Assembly (NCBI GenBank): GCA_030295235.1
Contig: AP026126.1
Location: 1,736,001-1,800,000 of the forward strand
Direction: 5' to 3'
Source of the DNA: Fistulifera solaris
Taxonomy: Eukaryota
Length of the DNA: 64,000 nucleotides
The position numbers and the translations under genes are program-made. Shown one piece after another: positions 60,339 to 64,000 of the stretch (within the stretch, counting starts at the first letter, position 1; each line of letters starts with the position of its first letter). The notes under the pieces were generated by a model. It worked only from the letters and a program-made list of their open reading frames with translations. It did no database searches and was not told where the DNA came from.

Positions 60339-61885
60339 TCATCCCTGAAGTCGTGCCATCAGCTTGTTGTTGACCGTCTCCCATCGCTCAATGGTGGATT
60401 TTGCCTCCGCAAGCTCATTGCGCAATTTACGAATGGTTTCTTCGGCCTCATTGCTGTTCGTTTCGGCGCTGGGGTGGGAAGGACGGCCTTGGACCGTCGT
60501 CGTCGAGCCAATGAGGATTTCACAAACGAGGGAGTAACGACGTTTGGGACATCCCAGGAAACGAAAGAATGCGGCGGATAATAAGCTACCATTCCCTTCT
60601 TTTCATCAACAACATGCTTTTGTAAGAGACGAATAAGCTGCGATGCCGTCTCTTTCTTCTTCGCGTGCTGCCGTTGCGATGTACTCGTAAAAAGAGGAGT
60701 CGATTCTGAAACGTCTTGATTTAAAACCGTAATTGAGGTCACCGGATGAAGAGAAATCACATTTTTCTTCTTTTGTGCATCAACACCCATGTGCGACCAC
60801 GGCTCAACAACTTTCACACAACTCTTGGACGCTAGACTCCACGTCCGAACTACCCCAGCTCCGTCCCCTGATATTAATAAGTGATCGTCGTCGTCACCTT
60901 TGGCGATTGCCAACGCCGTGATGGGGTAGTCGTGACCACAGAGTGACATCAAGTATGGTTTCTCTTTGTCTTCACGTCCGAATAATTGCTCAGCATACGA
61001 TCCTGACTGCAGTTTTTGTCGCTTCACACTCGCGCCCATCTGGGCGGTTTTGTGTAAAGCATATTCATCTGTGTCAATGATATGAATCATTCCGCTTTTG
61101 CTTCCCACAAACAAACGGTTGTGATCTTGTACCTCTAAAACATGCAGCGGATTGTTCAGCTGTATACACGCTAACACGTTGCCTGAAAATCCTTCATACA
61201 ATACCACTTGTCCATCTTGTCCGCACGATATTATTCGACCACCGCCGAGAGCCTTGATCCCTGTGACAGGTAAATGATGTTGTGTCCACGTTTGCCACGG
61301 CTGAACATTGGTGGTTGTTTCCGAAATTAATTCAATCCAAGAAAAAGCGTGAATCATCCCATCGTCTCCGCCTGTCACCAAGTCTCGACCAGAAAAGGCC
61401 ATGACCGCAACGGATCGATAATGAGCTTTGAAGCTTCTCACTAACCGACTTTGTTCCAGCACATTCCACAGATAAATCGTCCCTGAAGACCCACCAGCTA
61501 CAATATATGCGCCACACGGAGAAATGAGTAGACCTGCTGACATTTCGGATTCTGGCAAACGACACTTCCAGTGCAAAATAGGAGGTAATGCAGCAGCCGA
61601 ACGGAGGGTAAATAGCAGAGCGTATGAGTCATCTTTCTTGTGTGTGAATCCAAAAGCAACAGCCAGAGTATTATTCGGTGTAGACATGACATGATTCGGA
61701 AAGGTAGAAACGGATGCGACGCCTAAAGGCACCTTCCCCGACATGTCACCGGCAAGACGAAGAGACGACTGTACGCTGCCTGTATATGGACACATCATGC
61801 AGAGAGAACCTCCGCCACCGCCAGGCGTGAGTGATGTTGTCGGTTTGGTTGTAGAGATGCAGATTATTTTCTTGGGGATAGACAT
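60339..61885 (-). CDS. WDR18: WD40 protein WDR18/Ipi3-like (frameshift near 60470)
   Basis: GTIYLW, FKAHYRSV, TGGDDG, HHLPVT and GHDYPIT WD repeats. The corrected frame ends in a coiled coil ...WETVNNKLMARLQG* (stop 60339-60341). Confidence 0.82.
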
Positions 61886-62362
61886 TATTCAAAATGATTC
61901 AAGGACTAAGAATGAAGTGCCAAGCTGGAAGCTGCAAAAGAAAGAAAAAATGGTGTGAATTTTTTTTTGTGAATGGTTCTGAGATCGTCTGTCCTCCACA
62001 CGCAATGTTAGGAAATATTGATCAGCGCCCAGAGGCCGGCAGGCGCCGGACTCGGGTAAACAGTACAGTTACGGAAGAGTCCACGATTTCCAGTTAAATC
62101 ACATTAAGAAATTCCCTAGAGTACTTAAAGTCGTGAATTTTCAAAGTAGAAAAATATGCTTAATTAGGATAAAACCAATTGCACGTTGGAGTACCGCCTG
62201 CGATTTCATCATGATAGTAAAATCTCGCTCTTACAGTCACATAACGCCAACACGGCTTTTGAGCGAGCACTTGGATCACAAACCTCCACCTTTCGTACCC
62301 GTCCATTCAGAGCTTGGGAAACTTCTGTACAAACAATAAACCAAGCTTTGAAGTGATTAACC

Positions 62363-64000
62363 ATGGAAGAATTTGCAGCAATACGATCACCCATGTCGGA
62401 AAAACTGAGTCCGAGTTCTCGGTTCGAGCCAGCGCAAACGATGAGTGACGATGACAAGAGCATCGTGGACAAAGTTCAACAACAGCATACTTTACCAACA
62501 CTGTTCCGAGGGAGTGACGAAGAGAACCAAGCAGATGAGTTGACTGTTGTATCTAAGCTTGAGAGCGGTCGCACTCTACCGTATCAATGGGATGATCATC
62601 TCGATCCTTTCGTTTCGGACCCAAGCGCCCTCAACAATTTTTTTTGCAGTGTCGGCAGAAAAGTCCACTAAAGACGAAATATCACCTCTTCAAGAAAAGC
62701 GAGCAACACCTTTGAATTATACAGCGTCCTCGTCTTCTGTCAGGTCCGCTAAACAGATGTTGCGTTCAAGGAAGGATCAACGAAATTCGCAAAGTAGTAC
62801 TCGCTCGGTTTTATCCAAAACCACGCGTGATCTCATCTTCAATGAAAGCACAGACTCATCAGACAATGATAATGACGGCCCTCTTGCAAAGGTTCCTTCG
62901 ATGGAAGAAGTGCTTCCCCCACGTATTGCGTTTATTCATTCGCTACGTGAGAGTCTTGACGATCATGATGATCGACACAGCGTGAAGTCTTTTAAGATCA
63001 AAAAGACGCAAAGCAAACAAAGCCAAAAAGTGACAAAAAACTCTTCAAACATGAGCTACGCATTGGTCACTTCAGCAAGTAGATGGAGCAAGGTCCCCAA
63101 AGTAGACGACCAGGAGAAATTACCAATGCAACGTTCAGCAGGAAAGAATGAGATGGTTCGTCAGAATCCTTTTTCGATTTCAAACCCCTTTGCGAATAGT
63201 TGCTTGCCTTCTCAGATTACAAAAGATATTAAAGAGGAGAAAAGGGACGTTCTAACGATCCAGCCACCCAATAAACTCTCTTTTTAACTGAACTATTTCA
63301 GTGCGGAAACAAATACGACGACGACGTTATAAGTCCCCGAAATACTCAGATAATTCTCGACGTTTTTGATAAAACACTGTGCGGAATTCCAGCAAAGATG
63401 GCGAACATCAGCTTGGATGATCTTCTCGATGAAGAAGGGGAAGACGATCTGGACATGAAAAGGCCAAAATCAAGGAAAACCAGGCCACCATCGGAGAGCA
63501 AATTTAGTAACCCATCTTCAAGCGCTAACGTGGATCAATCTAGCCACCTCTATGGGTTATTGAAAGAGCACATGAACAGTAGCCCCGACGAATCGAAAAG
63601 CCATACTGTGGGACGCTCTGTCGACAATGATCCTGAAGTACAGCGTGAGCTACAACGGTTGTGTAAACTATTGGAAGCCAAGCTGGATGGACACGGGCCA
63701 GAGCCTGCCTATGAATCTGATTTCGACGATGCCTACTATGAGAGTGAAAGTGAAAGTGATTTTGACGATGATGAGGATGAAAAGCTCTTTCAAAATTGGA
63801 TGCGATCAGGCCCTATTATGGAGCTTTTTGGCATAGGTTGTCACGACAAAAATGGTGCTATGCGTGAGATTACTAACGATGATCGTATCATGTCTGGTCG
63901 CTCATATCACAGCAATGATAGACTTTATCCCGGAGAGGAGGATGAATACTATGACGAGTTTGACGAGGAGTACTACAGTGATGCTGAAAGCACGGAAAGC
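62363..64000 (+). CDS. Hypothetical low-complexity protein, frameshifted, truncated at window end
   Basis: Consecutive ORF pieces broken at T-runs (near 62640 and 63280). Ser- and acidic-rich; no family recognised. Confidence 0.55.

Noticed and set aside
7065..63290. Programmed ribosomal frameshifting or mass pseudogenisation (breaks near 7068, 8270, 13603, 36915, 39264, 51522, 54118, 56985, 60470, 62640 and in the DOCK gene)
   Set aside because: Each break I could resolve is a +1 or -1 base in a homopolymer run, in both directions, and includes essential genes such as ThrRS. This pattern is typical of unpolished long-read error; short-read polishing would confirm it.

Overview
Gene-dense eukaryotic nuclear DNA, most likely a pennate diatom. 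This is inferred from short GT-AG introns, signal peptides followed by F/W plastid-targeting motifs, and a diatom-type 5S rRNA. The window opens with about 1.06 kb of a near-perfect 18/22-bp tandem repeat, [CATA]CATGTCCGACTATTGCAA, that stops abruptly about 670 bp before the first gene; it is a candidate non-canonical telomere or terminal satellite. About 27 protein-coding genes follow, including CPDase, two SET proteins, Kelch-BTB, TYW3-Kelch, GNAT, an HSP90-NTD/DUF2009 fusion, a CIA30-like protein, DDHD phospholipase, a giant DOCK-like GEF, glycerol kinase, YchJ-like, an atypical kinase, EFG1, DNAJC11-like, PEX11, cyclin P, ThrRS, RPL37, MATE, DUF493 and WDR18. There is also a true UBA1 pseudogene and one dispersed 5S rRNA gene. 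Signals not explained by the genes: (i) an unassigned, almost fully base-paired RNA-like element of about 550 nt on the minus strand at about 20620-21175, beginning with 16 nt antisense to the conserved 5.8S rRNA core; (ii) a dispersed 19-47-bp intergenic element containing GACTGRATTTCAGTCATGA (8 copies); (iii) GGTACC/TACCWGGTA clusters in divergent promoters. Many genes are split by single-base indels in homopolymer runs, which I read as long-read assembly errors. All calls come from reading the sequence by eye; no database searches were run.
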